Origin: Vicugna vicugna
Taxonomy: Eukaryota
Direction of reading: 5' to 3'
Assembly (NCBI GenBank): GCA_013265495.1
Contig: MU058423.1
Span: 8,913,627 to 8,977,626, forward strand
Length of the DNA: 64,000 nucleotides
Shown one piece after another: positions 27,554 to 42,014 of this stretch. Both the position numbers and the translations under genes were made by a program. The notes beneath the pieces were generated by a model. It saw only the letters and a list, made by a program, of their open reading frames with translations. It was not told the origin of the DNA and ran no database searches. How positions within the stretch are numbered: position 1 is the stretch's first letter; every line of letters starts with the position of its first letter.

Positions 27554-29729
27554 ACTATTAAACAGCTAAAGGAATATAAATAAATAGAAAAACTATTTAA
27601 AATAACTGGAGAAATTACGAAGCACCACGAGTAAGATGAAATGTTTAATGACAATGTCCTACGCTTTCAGGGGCCCACTTGTTTCCCAACAGTGAGATCA
27701 GGCCCTGGTAATTCTTGTCCCCCTTTATTCAAGGGGGTCATATTTCCAAAAAGCCAGTTTGGGACCTGGAACAGTAGAGGATGGAAAAATGGAAGAGGAC
27801 CTAGTCCCCACTCCCCTTTACTGTCCCACAAAGAGACAGGTTGCTATGAGAGCATCAAATAGCTACAATGAAAGAGGTTGACCTCTCTGTATCTGGGCCA
27901 CAGTTCCAGGTTAAGGGTAGAAGAAAAACAAGCAATCTAAACCCAGAGGGTTTCTCACCTCACAATATCTTGAAGCTCAATGGGCCAGTTTTTACAGCCC
28001 ACCAAAGGAGGCATGGTTTTTAAGCCACACCAAGAATTTCAGTCAAAAACTTTGCACAGGTCTTAAAAAGTCGTATTGTCACAGACAAATATAAACCCAA
28101 CAGACTCTATCTTAAGGTCATTTTATATATCCTTTCCTCATAGTGCTTACAGTTCTAAGAATATATATGTACATACAATCATATAGTTTTATATATTTTA
28201 TATATAGATATAGTTTTCTAACAAGCTAAATACATTTCTGAAAATGTCAACAGCACTGAAAAAATTGGTCACAGTTGCTCACACCATGCTAGGTTATCAC
28301 TGACTCAGGTATAACAAAGCACCAGGAATACAGAAAACACCTTCCGGCAACATGCTTCTTTGTAAGAATCTTCCTCACCGAGGTGGCGAAAATGGAAACA
28401 TATTTACAAGCCAGATCATTAGCCAGAGGGAAATACTGAAATACAAAAATCAATTGAAATAAGTCAAATATGCTAGAAAGTATAAAATAAACACTTGGGC
28501 AGCTTGGAACCGAGGCAGGAGAGCAGAGTAGTAGAGAAGCTCTTCTACTCAGCAGAAGAGCTGAGTACTCTTGGACTCAGAGTAGAAGAGCAGAAAGGGA
28601 AGCTCATCAACCTGGGGACAGTGAAAAAGGAGAGGACAAGGGGCAGAGATAAGCCCTGCTGAGTCACAATAAAGAAACCTGAGGGCAGCGACACAGCTAG
28701 TGTCTTCTCCATTCTGGCAATTCCCAGGAAGAGGCCTCTAGAGCCACAGTCAAACAAGGGCCCCCAGTTTTTCTAGGATGGGGGAGGAAGTGTGAAGCTC
28801 ACCTCATCTGGGCAAGAAAAACCATGGATATATTATTTTATTATTTCAGGGTAACCTGAGCTTCCCCTCCAAATGAATACATGAATGAACAACTGAATAA
28901 ATCTCCCTTACCTATTTGTAAATTTCCCCTTGTAAGGTTGGCAAATGCTGGGTCAATAGCTAGAATGAAACTAATAAATTAATAAGGGAAAATCAGTCAA
29001 TCGGTCTCTTTATTCAGTAAGTGTAAACAGCTAAAAGCGAAGTCTTCCCTGTTTTGAAAGGAAACAGGGAAGGGAATGGAGAAGAGGGTCATCTTCTGGA
29101 AAGGACCAAGGAATGGGAGTCCAAGGATCAGAGCCAATGTTGACCAGAGTCGCCCACTACCCACAGCTCCTAAGGGAAAAAGAAGTTGGGCCTAGAAGCC
29201 CTTCTGTTATACCCAGTATGTCTAGCTCCTCTCACAAGATTTATGAAGTTTATGCCATACCATTATTTTGTTTGGTTTTTCTAACAAACTCTAATTTAAG
29301 GAGGTCCATTCCCAGAGGAATCATTGTTTAAAGCACCATTGTACCTTATTCTACGGATCAGAAGTTTCATCTGAAAATTTTCAGCTCCTCAGCAAAAAGA
29401 AACTATAGTGTGAGCAATACGCATTTAACAAAATTTATGACGACCTACTCTTGAGCAAGGCACTATAAGCTGTCATATTAATCAGTGTTAACAATACAAA
29501 AAAATTAGATGAAAAAGTTTCATAAGATCACTATAAGGCATGCCAACACTTCAAATTTTTTTTTACCAGCACTGCTGACATGTTTCATCTAGTCACTCAT
29601 TCATATTACTGAAAGCCTGCTGACCACCAGTCCCTACCCACAAGGAGCTCACCACCCAGGGACAGACAAGCAAACATAATAACCATTGATAAATGCTAAG
29701 ACAGATGTATCCTCCAAGGCACAGTGAGA

Positions 29730-29752
29730 TGTGTGTGTGTGTGTGTGCGTGC
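29730..29752. repeat. (TG)n microsatellite
   Basis: Direct reading. Confidence 0.85.
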
Positions 29753-31568
29753 ACGAACATATGTGCAAAATCTTGGTGAAATTAACCAGCACAGCCCTCT
29801 GGGCTACACACTCTGCTAATATTCTCCCTGTGACTGGAATATTATCAGCACCCCTCCAGTCTGGTGATAAAGACCCTGTACCTGGCTGAAACTCACAACG
29901 ATCAAATTTTAAAAAGGCCTCAAATGCTCAGCAAACACAAATCTAAGATCAAAGTACACGTCCGAGTTTTTGCTCAAGTATAACAAAACGAAGTCACGTT
30001 GACGTCAATTTCCTAGGGAAGAGAGGCCGCACATCTAAGGAGCGTCCCAGCTCCACGTGAGTCACACAGAATCTGACAGAAAACTAAAGACCACTGCGAA
30101 TCAATGGGTTCTAGTCCCAGCTTGATTACTCAGTGTCCCCGGGCTGATGTCTTAGTCTCTCTAAGACCCCACATCCTCATCTATCAAATGAAACTTCTGA
30201 ATTAGATGGCTTCTAAGGTTCTTTCCAGTTATCATATTACATTATCTTGAATTATGTTGTATTATTTTATATTATCCTATCATACCACATTCCTAGCCAT
30301 TATATATAATGGACTGTTATTATACACAAAATAGAATCTAGGTTGCCTATGACTCTAGTGATCCACATTGGATAAACCCATTCAACAGTACGAACGTTCC
30401 TCAAGGGCTGCTCGCCCTGTTTGATGCGCTCTGCCCTCTCAGTGCATTGGGTCTGGGTACAAAAGGTATTTCCCTCGGAGCGTCTCCTCAGAGAAGGGGA
30501 AGAATCTCCCAGCTTTCTCCCTGAAATTCACTATGCTTTCTCCACAGCTGGAGAACAAACTCACTATCTGGAAAGAGGCTTCACAAGGTAGGAACCTCAG
30601 CACCCCTACTGTTTACTTCCAGGCATAAAGTTTGACATTTGTTGAGATCACAAAGGAAAGAGAGACCCCCAGTATCAACTCTCACTCCTGTCCTTTGGTA
30701 TGTTATCCACATTTTTAGGGAAGGCCAGATACACAATGCTGGAAATAGGAGGAACCCTCCTCCACTTATTAACTTTCTTTCTTTCTTTTCTTTCTTTCTT
30801 TCTTTACCTTATTAGCCTGGGGCAAGCCGCGGGCCCACCTAAGGCTTCAGCTGCCACTCCCATAAAATGGGTTAGTGTTGTCACTTTGCCTTAAAGCCAA
30901 AAAACAAACCAGATGATACCAAGGAACCTTCAGCATCAGGGTCTGCAATTCTGTGACTTCCCTCTTTGGAGCAAGTCAATTAATAAAACATCCCCTTGAG
31001 TCTCAGATTAATGAAAACAAAAGAAGGCTTCTTCAGGAATGCACTGGCAAGATTAAAATTCACTCCCACAGAAACATTCTCAAGCAGTGTAAATTAACCC
31101 CTCTATTTAATGGCAGGTATTGAAGGCAAGAGGGCTATGCAGACAGTATGCATGTGACTTCAGCAGAAAACAGAATGGTGACTGATCCTTTGTACATAAA
31201 AGACTAGCCCTCCTCACATGTCATATAACAAGTGAGGCCCTGAAAAGGAAAATAATTACTCTAAAACCCAGCAATGATCGCATTACCTTTCTAAGCTTTT
31301 GGAATTAAAACCAAAACCTTAGACTTATCTGTGAGGCCCAGGGTGGCACAGCCACTACCTCTCTCTCTCTGGGGCCTCATTTTGCACATTTCCCCATTTT
31401 AGTACTAGCAAGCTCCAACCAGCAAGCTCCAACCAAGCTATTTTTTCATTCCTGCCTCAGGCCTTTGGCACATTACCCTCCCTGGCCTCATTAACACCCA
31501 CTTAACCTTCAGGTCTCAGCTCCTGTCACACTTCTTCAGGGAATTCTTTCCCATCTCTCCCCTGCCAC

Positions 31569-31605
31569 CACACACACACACACATACACACACACACACA
31601 CACAC
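31569..31605. repeat. (CA)n microsatellite
   Basis: Direct reading. Confidence 0.92.
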
Positions 31606-33799
31606 GCCTATACCCTATCTCCACCCTGCAGGCCAGGTTCCAACCCTACGTGCTTCCAGAGAATGGTAGGTCTTTCCTTCAAAGAATTTACAGATAGTCT
31701 TACGTCTGAATACTTGATTAACAGCTTCCCTAAGGCCCACTGGACTATAAGCTCCATAAGAACTTATGTGGGGCGAGATGCCAGACGTCACATTTCACTA
31801 GCTTTGGATACAGAATTGGACTAAATAGACAAAATTGACAAAAACAACCTAAGAAGGAAATGACAATGAGGGGGATGTCAAATGGCGAGATGGCCCACCT
31901 CTCTGGTGAAGGGAGAGGCTGGGAGTGCCCATCCCCAGTCTCCTCTACCACCTGCATCTTTATTATGAGCTTGCTCCAAATGTGACCTGCTCCAGAAGTA
32001 ACCCTCAATCTAAAAAGACTCACACCAACTATGCATCACCCCAACTCCTTTTTGCTTAGGGGCCCCTTCAGTTCTGTCTGACAGTTTTACCAAGTTAACA
32101 TCATCCTAAACCTTTCCTTCCGGGCTTTCTAGAGCTGCGAGCAATCTGCTTTGGGGCACATGGAATAAAGCACAACATCTGACACTAGTGAAAGGGTCCA
32201 GCAGAACAGGAAGGGCAGAAAGGCACTATTTTCCAAGCCCACCATTCAAAGAGTCCTAGAGGAGAACTTTTTAACCCAAAAAGGGTTAAAGGAAAACTTT
32301 ATCTCACAGTTAGAAAAAAGGTAAAATGTTTTTAGCATTTCAGATTAATTCAGCTGCAGAGGATCAATAATTTGATTACCAGGACTAATATAAATGCTAT
32401 ATTATAACTCCACATTCTCTTAAAAGGAAAAGAAACGTGTAGAATAAGAAATTGGTTACACAAGGATCCCCGATTCAGAAACCTCAAGCTGGAACATCAG
32501 TGAAAATTACAAGTATACCAAAAAACAAAGTCACATTGCCTCTTCTAAAGTCTGCCACAAACCCATGCCCTTTAGCGATGTTTATGACAGTCTCAGTCTC
32601 AGTCTATATGGTTTTATTCTCTACCAAAGGCTAATTAATAAAATGTGATATCTGGTTTCTATGTCCATAGTATATTAGACTCATCAGACAGACCGTAGGC
32701 AGGAGGCAGCTATTACTGGCTGGTACATTGATAGTAATGTCAAAAGCTAACCTAACAATAAGAGAGGAGCACCTAGAAAGGACTCAACTCATAAAAGTCA
32801 TTTACCAACAAAACTCACTGAATAAATTAAAACCACTAAAAGACAAAAGATGTTTAGCCAACAGGCACCTTCTGCTACATAAGCAGAGAGCCCTTCATTT
32901 CTCAGGGGCTCCTAAAACTATCCTTGAATTACAGTGAAACTGTGCAACCAACGGATTCATAATACTAGAGCCTGAGTATTACAGGAAAAAAAGCAAATCA
33001 TAATCGGTAAATTCTTTAAGAAGGCAGAAGCGTGGATTCATTTTAGAAAGGTTTACAGAAATCACAGACTGCTTTGATATTCTAAGATGGAATTTTCCAA
33101 CTCTTTGTAGAAACTGTCTCACTGAAATGCCATATTCCCAGACAAAACTGGAAAAATGCAGGATTAGAGTAGATCCATCAAGAAGAGCAAATTTGAAATA
33201 CACCATCTTTTCTGGTTCTCAGAATTAAATTTTATAACAAAAGAAGTCCAAACTAACAAATCCTTCATCAATAGTGTGTGAACATCTTGAAGATCAAAAT
33301 ATTAAATTAATAAATGAAACACTTTATTCAAAAACTATAGTTCACATAAACTATTGTCCATAAAGGAATTTACTGTCACTTACAAATAACTGTGATCCTT
33401 TACCAGGTGTTTCCAAGTTGTCAAGGACTGGGAATATTATGTGCTTTAATAAATAGTGCAATATTTTTTTGATGGTTCTCATTCAACATCTGACTCTTCG
33501 GTGGTCCTGGAAGTATTTAGTTGATTAATAAAACCAACTTTTGTAATATAAATTGAAACTAAACCTTAAAAAGAAATTTTAAAGAAATAATGAATTCCAC
33601 ACTTAAGCCCAAGTCAGTGAGCCAGAAAGGAACTTGAGATCAGCTGCCTCACCCACCTCCCCAGATTTTAAACAAGTAAATACCTAAACATCCAGGGCAG
33701 GCATTGTCTATTTTCCGCTTAAAGATCACAGAAGACAAAGACTCTTTTTTTATTTTCATTATAGATCTCCCCTTTTTACTTTGCCTCCCCATCTCCAAA

Positions 33800-34610
33800 A
33801 TAAAACAGAGCAAGAAAAAGGCAACTCCTCCTTCTAACTTAGACACATGGTCTACTTTAAGGTGTCACTTTCTCCCAATCATCCAAGCCAGAAACCTTGA
33901 ATTTACTTTCAATTCCCAAACCCCTCATCTGGTCAGTCCCAAATACAGTCAGTCCATCCTTTCTAGCCTCTCCTCCACTTGGACTTTCTGTTCCCATTGC
34001 TACAACCATAATCCAATCTTGCCATAGCCTAACAGACCACTCCCTCCCTCCGCCCACCTCCCAGCCACGGGAGTACTAGTCCTAAAGCAGGGCTCTGCTC
34101 AGTCTCCCTGTCATTCATAAACCAGCAGAACTGAGATCCAAATGGCTTTCCATAATCCAGTCCCCAACCACGTGTCCAGCCTCACCTGTGACCTCTCTGC
34201 AGTTCAAGTGTTTTGCCTCACCAAACAGAATCTCGCTATTCCCAAACATGGAAATCATCCTTTCCTTCTTTCCTTCTTCACTCATTCATTCAGCTAAAAT
34301 TTCCTGAACACCATCTCTATGCCAGGCACTGTGCTGGGTGCAGGGATACAGTGGTAAGCAAAAACAGGCAATACTTGTCCTCACAGAGATCATAAAATAC
34401 ACCCTTTGCTCTTACACACCCTTCAAAAGTCAGTTTAAACATCACTCTATGAAGTCTTTATCACCCTGGGCAGTAATCTGTCTTCCTTTCTTGGATTTTT
34501 AGTATGTACACTTACAGGTTTTGTCGTATATTTCCTTGTACTGTTGTTTGTTTTCACTTCCTTCTTTACATATCTGTGTCTTCCTAAAAGCATTAGCACA
34601 GTGCTCTGCA
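33800..34610 (+). mobile_element. L2 fragments, with an opposite-strand L2 3' end at about 34270-34395
   Basis: CATCCAAGCCAGAAACCTTG; CATTCATTCAG...ATGCCAGGCACTGTGCTGGGTGCAGGGATACAGTGG. Confidence 0.62.
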
Positions 34611-35463
34611 CCAAAATCTATCCCACCTAAAGGTCAAGTTTCTCCTATAGTGATTTTCAACCACTTACAACTTCTAAGTTATGCTTTTTTTTCACTTCCC
34701 ATAAAAATGTGTCAAGAGTCTTTTTTCTTTCTCTTTTTTTATGCACAAAGGTGTGTTAAGCCGTGCCTAAATAAAAGTCATTTACTTTTGGCTTTGGAAT
34801 GTGTTTGTGAACTTACAAATGAGAACATCTGATGTCTCAGGGATCTACTTCAAACAAAATAATGAAGCCGCCCTGTGGTGCCTTGGCGAACAAAGCACTT
34901 GGACGGCAAGCAGCTACTCACTGGACTCTCACAGCCCAGTGGATCCTTCTCTTAGGCTGCCTGGGTAGGACTAGCCTGGTTAGTGCTAACGGAGTCCTCA
35001 GCACCTCAGTTGAATCTTGCATTTTCACTGGGCTTATCTCAAGTTGAAAGAACTAAGTGACTATTTGTCCTTATGAAGAGCAGAGATTGACTACCCACTG
35101 CGAATGCCTATGAGGTCAAACCAGCAAGTATTTAATAAATCGATATCCTGAAAGTAAAAGTTGATCCTAGTGGGTCACAGAATTAAGAATCAACCGGTGA
35201 GTGTATACAGACATGTCTATTTCCTCATCACGTATACTGTGTAGCACGCCTGGTTATGTACGCAGGTGTACACACACACACAAGCAGACACCTAAAGCTG
35301 TGTTCAAAACAGAGAATGGAAAAAGTGGCCCTGAACAATCCTACGTTATTTCTGCAAGGTTAGGATGGAAGGAAGGAGAAAGGAGGAAGAAAGTAGAAAC
35401 CTATACCATCTTTGAAAAGCTGAAGAGTATTCTAAGTTTTTAGGAGAATTCTATGCAGAAATC

Positions 35464-35499
35464 ATTACATCTTAAGTTATAATTACATCTTAAGTTATA
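35464..35499. repeat. Perfect 18-bp tandem duplication (ATTACATCTTAAGTTATA)x2
   Basis: Direct reading. Confidence 0.93.
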
Positions 35500-35899
35500 A
35501 GCAAGAACATTTCACCAGAAAGCCTGCAAAAACAGTTTTCATAGGCTTACGAACACTGGGCTTTTGTTTTCATTTCTCCTATTAATATATAATGATAATT
35601 AACTCAATTTATTTTCTCTCTCTTTTTTCAGGGGGTGTGGGGGGCAGTTCACCAAAAGAAGAAAAGGCAAAATTACACCCACAAAAGTGGAATTGTGGAG
35701 AAACATCTTAATTCCTAACACACATTCCCAGATACAGCCTGGACAAAAAGTTTGTGCACACGCTGTCAACAGCACGTTTCTTGCCGAAGTCATGACCACC
35801 CAAGTCAGAAGGGCCACACGAACCAGGAAAGGGCAAAGCTGTCTGCACCCTCCCCACTAGCCTCATACCCAGGACAACTGGGAACGTGATGGAAGCATA

Positions 35900-36090
35900 A
35901 GAGTATGGAATTCAGGGCCAATTTACTGGCTCTACATAACCCTCCTGGACCTCAGTTTCCTCCTCTATAAAGTGGTGACAATAATAGCACCTAATTTCCT
36001 AGGGTTGTTCTGAAGATTGAGTTAATGTGTGTAAAGGATATCAAATACTGCCCATCACGGGACTATAAACGTTAGCTGTTGTTATAATTT
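35900..36090 (+). mobile_element. MIR SINE
   Basis: CCTCAGTTTCCTCCTCTATAAAGTGG...AGGGTTGTTCTGAAGATT. Confidence 0.75.
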
Positions 36091-37699
36091 CATTTTTATT
36101 TTCATGGTGAAATTTGTCTCTGAATTCACCTCTGTCTCCTCTTCTGTCTATATCATAGCAATTTATAAAGAGAGCTGAGGTACCAAATGATGGCTCTAAG
36201 GCTCTATACAAGATCACATATAGCTGGCTGAGATAGTATTCACCTTTCTGGTAAATTAACCTACTTGTTACACATTAAGTTTAAAATAAAAATTGAAAAA
36301 TCAAAAGGGTTTCTTCTCACTTCTATCAAACTTAAATACTCCATTCCCACAAATATTTGCAGGCAACAGAAGTTTTTCTGTATTTCTCTCAAGGGCTAGG
36401 CTCACATTTCAACTCAAACCTATGCTACCATCTACATAAAAGAAATCATTCTTCTATAAATTATTTATCCAAAATTCCTAGTTGCATTCATATCAGGCGG
36501 CTTTAATAAAGTTTAAATGAAAATTGAACGTTTTAAATTATTCAAATCTTCGGTTAGCTAATTAGCCCTCATTAGAGGCTGTTCATTCTTCCATGCTAAA
36601 ACATTTGGTGAAACCCTTTGAATCATTTCAGAAACTGCTTAATATTCAGTCCCCAGAGTATGCCCATGGAGAGTTCTCTCCTGCATTTTCAATACCTTTC
36701 CTTTGCAAACACAAGGAGAGAAGAAATGCACACAGGCAGGCTGAAATGAAGACCGTCTGCACCGCCCTTTACAGCCAACTGACTTTTGTGCATTAACACC
36801 CAATCCTCTGCCCGCCACCGCTAGGAGGGGCACACAAAGGTTAAAATAATTAACATCATTGATTTTGCTAACTTTTGAGCCAAAACAATTTGAGTTAAGT
36901 TATAAAAAGTAAGCCTCTATTCGGAGGACAAGGCCCCATTCCAAAACCAAAGAACTAGCCCTTCTGGAGAGTTGTGGGTTGTTCGTAGCTTAATCAAACA
37001 CAGACAAATCTTTAAAAGGCTCTCTTTTTATGGGGCTATTTTTTTTCCTACAAGTACGTTAGGCTATATTCTGATTTTAATTCTGATCTGTGAAATCATA
37101 ACCCAAGGACAAATGTGTACTTTACTACCAACCACATTTCACTAGAGCCACTCAGGCCTTTATATTAATGTGCTAAGTTCTGTTTAAAAACCAAGCAGAA
37201 AATTCAGACTTTCATTCGTAATAGGCAGCCTGACCTCCTAATGCCACTTTGTTCAGTTTTCTCCACTGGCTTCTCAGAAGGTTGCCATCTCAATCACGGA
37301 ATGCTATCATCCTTCTAAAACTAAACAAACACCTACACACAACACAGCTGTGTCCAGAGTACACAAGGACTAATATTTAAAGAGTCTACCTCCCGATTCA
37401 AAAATAATAGTTGCATTTCCAAGGTGATCAGTTAGCCAGAAAGGCAGTGTTTCATTTATACATTCAGCAAATAAGTAGACAGGTACAGGGCTTTAAAAGA
37501 CCCTGTGTGGTTATGTACACTAATGGTCTCCTTTCCTTAGAGACGTGGACATTACGATCTGACAGGAATTTTCTCGCCACAAGCCATCAGCCACGGAAGA
37601 ACCCCGACTCCTACGCATCCTTCCAGGGGCTTTGCAGTCTCCCTCATCCAGCGGCCCCAGAAGCAGAGCCCGCAGGACGGATCCCACTGCTTCTCTCCC

Positions 37700-38930
37700 T
37701 CTCGCAGCTCTTCTCTCCCCTTCGCTGTCTGTCCACATCTCTAGCTGCTTATTGCCACCTCTTTCCCTTGCTTCTCTCATCCTGGTCAGGCCTCCGAAAT
37801 ACAGACCTTAATATCTTCTCTTTCTCCCCAGAAATCATAGCTTTCTCATTTCTTAAAACTCCCAAATTTAAGAACTTCAGATCTCTGTGATATCCAACGC
37901 TGACATGCACATCCCATAAATTTCTTAAATTCAACCTGACCAACATGGAATGCCTGAGCCCCCCACTAAAGCCAAGTCTTCTGCCCTACTTACTGTTTTG
38001 GTTAATGCCCCCCTCCTCCAGGAGGCTCACCGTGATGTTCCAAAGACTTTTTTGACTCCTTTTATGCCTCAGCACCCGCACCAACCCATCCACCTGATCT
38101 GCTGCTGAGTCACATGGATTCAGAGCCCTTCTTTCTACCACCATTGCCTACAATCCTAATCACTGCCTTTATTTCTTCCCCTAGAACATTTCAGAACTCT
38201 TCTAAGTGGGCTTCTACTTCCCCTCTGATTCATCTTAAATGATGCCATCATATTAGTTTTTTGAGCAAGGATATATGTACTTGAGAACCAGAGGGCTTGG
38301 TTTCCAATTCCACCTCTGCTACTTCTTACTTGTGTGAACTTGAGCAAGTTACCTGACCTCTCTGTCCCTTACTATCATTTGCACACTAAGGATGACAACA
38401 GTATCTGCCTCAAAACTGTTGTGAAAATAAAATTAATAGCCACGGAGCTCCTAGAAAAGCGCGTGGCATGCATTTAAATGCTCACTAAGTGTCTGCCATT
38501 ATCTGCAATTAGCACAGCCCCAGTCATGCCATGGACCACCTCCAAATCCTCAAGAGTCCCACAGCGTATAAAGGAAATTGCAGCTCCTCACCCTGCCATT
38601 CAATCTGCCCCAACTGACCTTTCAGCTTCATATTACACATCCTCACTTGACCTGTATACACACCAGGCAAACTGGAGGACTCACTATTCCCTCACACACT
38701 CCAGAGCCTCCCTCCTCATCTCTGCCCGAAAAAACTCTGTGCATCCTGTAAGCCAATCTGAACTCCTCCATGAAGCCTTTTCTGAACCCCTCAACCAGAT
38801 GAGCTCCCACCTGCCTGGGAATTCATGCTGCCACAGGGGGTTATGTTTCTCTGTGGTAGGTATCTTTTCTCTATCTCTAACTGCAGTTCTGTCTTTCTAT
38901 CTAAAGCTTTGGAGTCCTCAAAGGTAACAC
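37700..38930 (+). mobile_element. L2 fragments with a nested MIR (about 38280-38500)
   Basis: L2 body motifs; MIR core TGTGTGAACTTGAGCAAGTTACCTGACCTCTCTGT. Confidence 0.6.
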
Positions 38931-40770
38931 GTGTACCCATCATCATTGTACACTTTGCTGAGACTGAAGTCCTCATCACAGTTTCAAGTGACATCAAACC
39001 CCACAATGTAAACTGGATGGCCTTTCCAGGAAGTTTTTCTTTCCAGGACACCAGAAATACAGTAGAATCAATACAAGAAGAGTGTGATTTGTAGCCCTAA
39101 CCTAAAATACTGACATTAAAATCCCACAAAAAATTTTCCTCATATATCAATATTAGAGTTAAAAAAAATAAAAAAAAAATAAACCTTGAGCACTGTGTTT
39201 AGGTAACTAAACATAATTTCCTGCTAGGTCTACCATCTAGCAACCCCAAGAGAAGCAACTTAAACCTCAAGGCCAGGAGCTTGTTCGATGCCATATTAAC
39301 CTCGGGCACATCACTGAAGAATTAAACATAATGGCATAGACACAGTCCCTTCCCTCGGACTCACAAAAGGTCCCCAAATCCTACACTCAGAAGAATAAAG
39401 CCACAGCAGTACACGTTCCCAACAACAGAATGAACACTCCATCGACACTGCTGGCAGTGACATCACCAGGTGCACGAGGTCAGGGAGCAGGCAGTGCAGT
39501 ACTCCGTTCCGTCTAGGAGCAGAGCTGTAATCTGACACCAGGGATTTAGACCTCTTTGCTGCAGCAACTCTGGGCATTCATGAGCGGCAGAAAAGAGCTC
39601 TTTCATTCCCACTTTCACTTCAACCATTCAAGAAGCATCCTGCTCCCAGCACCACTGAGGGAAACGTCCTGAAGACAACAGTTTCAAGAGTCTCTATGAT
39701 GAAATGACAGTTGAAGATTGTCTTCCCTCAAATAGAAGATCTGCTCTTGAAGGTGGAGAATACTCTCACTCTTCCAAAGCCTGGTGGTACCCTGAAATCC
39801 TTAGTCAGAACTGCCAACATCCCTCTTAACAGGACAGGTCCTAGGAAGCTTACTAGAGTGACTGTGGGTCATGTAACTATGTCCACATAATTGCATGTTT
39901 GGTTAAGACAACAAGAAAGTAAAATTAAATGTTTGTTAGAATATATTGGACTATCCTGAAACACCAGCTCTTTTAATAAGAGGACATAATAAATCAATTC
40001 CACCTTCTTATTACTTATTTATACATTGCTTTTATTGAACAGAGGTTTATCTCTTTTTTAATTAAATTTTTACTATACTATACAGTATCTTTTTCCTGTA
40101 GATCAATGGTCTTTCACAGAAAACAGTTCCCTACTTGGATCTTATATTCTCAAATCCTAATCCAATAAGGGCAAAGTTACCAAAGAAAGTAAACTAACAC
40201 TTCCATACCACTTCCTCGAAGGCAAAAAATAATAAAATTATTACACAGGGAAAATCTTACTCATAGATATGACTTGGATACAGCGACCTCCAGCTGGTAA
40301 GTGTGTCCCACTTTCCAAGTATGAGCCACACAAACGAAAACATCCTGAGATACAATAGAAGCCCTGTGAACTGCAAAGCTGAAGCACCTGTGATACACAC
40401 ACTGCCCTGTACTCTGTAGGTGCTCCATAAATACTTAGTGACTGATTCACAGGCCAGTTACAGAATCTGGCAAGGACAGAGCCTGTGTCTCCCTGGTCCT
40501 GCTCTGGGGAGTGTTAGGAATCTACACTTGTAGTTTGCTGTGGTGGTAGGAAGAACTAATACAGACAGAGGTCTAAAAGGAATGACGTGATGACAGGTTC
40601 AAGTTATGTTAACTTTCCCTGCACCTCTCCCAAACTATATGAGCCTCAAGAAATCGGTACTGTTACTTGCACCACTGGGGGAAAGTGAATTAAACTTCCA
40701 TAAAGGTGCACAGTGTTTCCTCACAAAAGAACCAACACACTAAATGGTTGAGAAAAAAAATAGAAACTTA

Positions 40771-40875
<105 letters not shown>

Positions 40876-41650
40876 TTAAAAGACGGGAGAAAACATATGA
40901 GAAGTAGGGAAGCTGGAGATGGAGGGTGGTGCTAATACACCAGGATCAAAATAACAACTGCTACCCATTATTTAAAGACCCCGTTAACACGTGGAATTCT
41001 TGCAGAAACCTGATCTCTCCCAGAAAGCGAGAGACCCAAGAGCATACCAGTTAGAGAAGCGAGAAAAGGACTCGACTGAGGGACTCAGCGCGGGGGCAAA
41101 GCTCCCAAATTTCTCTAGTTTCAGGCCAGCGGGAGCAGGTAGAAGCTGAGGGTACCCGTAGAACTGGAGATGCAAGTTTGGTTCAGAAATCTCCAGACCT
41201 CAGCAGCTGCAGAAGGGGAAGAAAGAGGCGAGCCTCTCCCCTGCAGTTCCAGAGCCTTCAAGAGGAAGCGAGGAGAGACAGGGGGGTGTGGTTGGAGGTG
41301 TCCCGAAAACCGAGCCCAGCAATAGTGGGATAAAGGCAACCGAAAGGATCACCCGGCGCAGGATCCTCAAGAGCCGCTGCACGCAGGAGGCCGGCGCTGT
41401 CCCACCACCGGGCGGGAAGGCCTCCCGAGGGTGCTGCAGAGGGAACGAGGGAGGCAAGAAAGACAGAGAAGCCGGAAGCAAGGGGTCCTCGGGGAGAGGA
41501 CAGTACCTAGAGGGGACGAGAGCGCGCGCAGCGGCTGCAGTACACTGAGGGCCCCAGGAGATGCCGGGGACAGCGGTTGGGACGTAGAGGCGAGAAGTGA
41601 AGAGTTGGGGGCGGGGGAGGGTTGGCGGATGCGGGGCGGCTGCTCCTCAC

Positions 41651-41699
41651 CTTTCATGAACTCGCAAGCCCCGATTAGTTCCCCTGACTCCGCTGCCAT
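41651..41699 (-). CDS. CDC14A: CDC14A coding exon 1 (MAAESGELIGACEFMK + G, 49 nt, phase 1)
   Basis: ATG at 41699-41697 in strong Kozak context (AAGATGG); donor AAG|GTGAGG; peptide matches CDC14A N-terminus. Confidence 0.97.
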
Positions 41700-41975
41700 C
41701 TTAAGCGAGATACACACGGGGGAGGGCTGGGTCGTGGCCAGCTGAGGTCACCCGCCCCCGGGGGCTTCCCCACTGCCCAGGAGCCGGGAAGCTTGCAGTC
41801 CCAAACACCAAGCCTGCCGGAGAGAGGCAGCAGGCGCCGAAGGCGGAGGCGGCTGGGGGGTCAGCGCGCCGGGCGCCCCGGGGACATTCCGTGGGGAACC
41901 CGAGCACGCTCCGCGCGGGGCGCACACGCCCGGGGCTGCGGCCACTCGGATTCCGACCCGGCTGCTGCCGCTGCT

Positions 41976-42010
<35 letters not shown>

Positions 42011-42014
42011 GCCG
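41976..42014. repeat. (CCG)10 CCA (CCG)2 trinucleotide repeat, CGG on the CDC14A sense strand, in the probable 5'UTR
   Basis: Direct reading of sequence. Confidence 0.95.

Noticed and set aside
37411..38927. 159-aa and 149-aa plus-strand ORFs
   Set aside because: Overlap L2/MIR relics, have non-protein-like composition and no splice support.
41367..41717. 116-aa ORF containing MAAESGELIGACEFMK
   Set aside because: Only 41651-41699 is coding; the remainder is 5'UTR and read-through into intron 1 past a strong donor.
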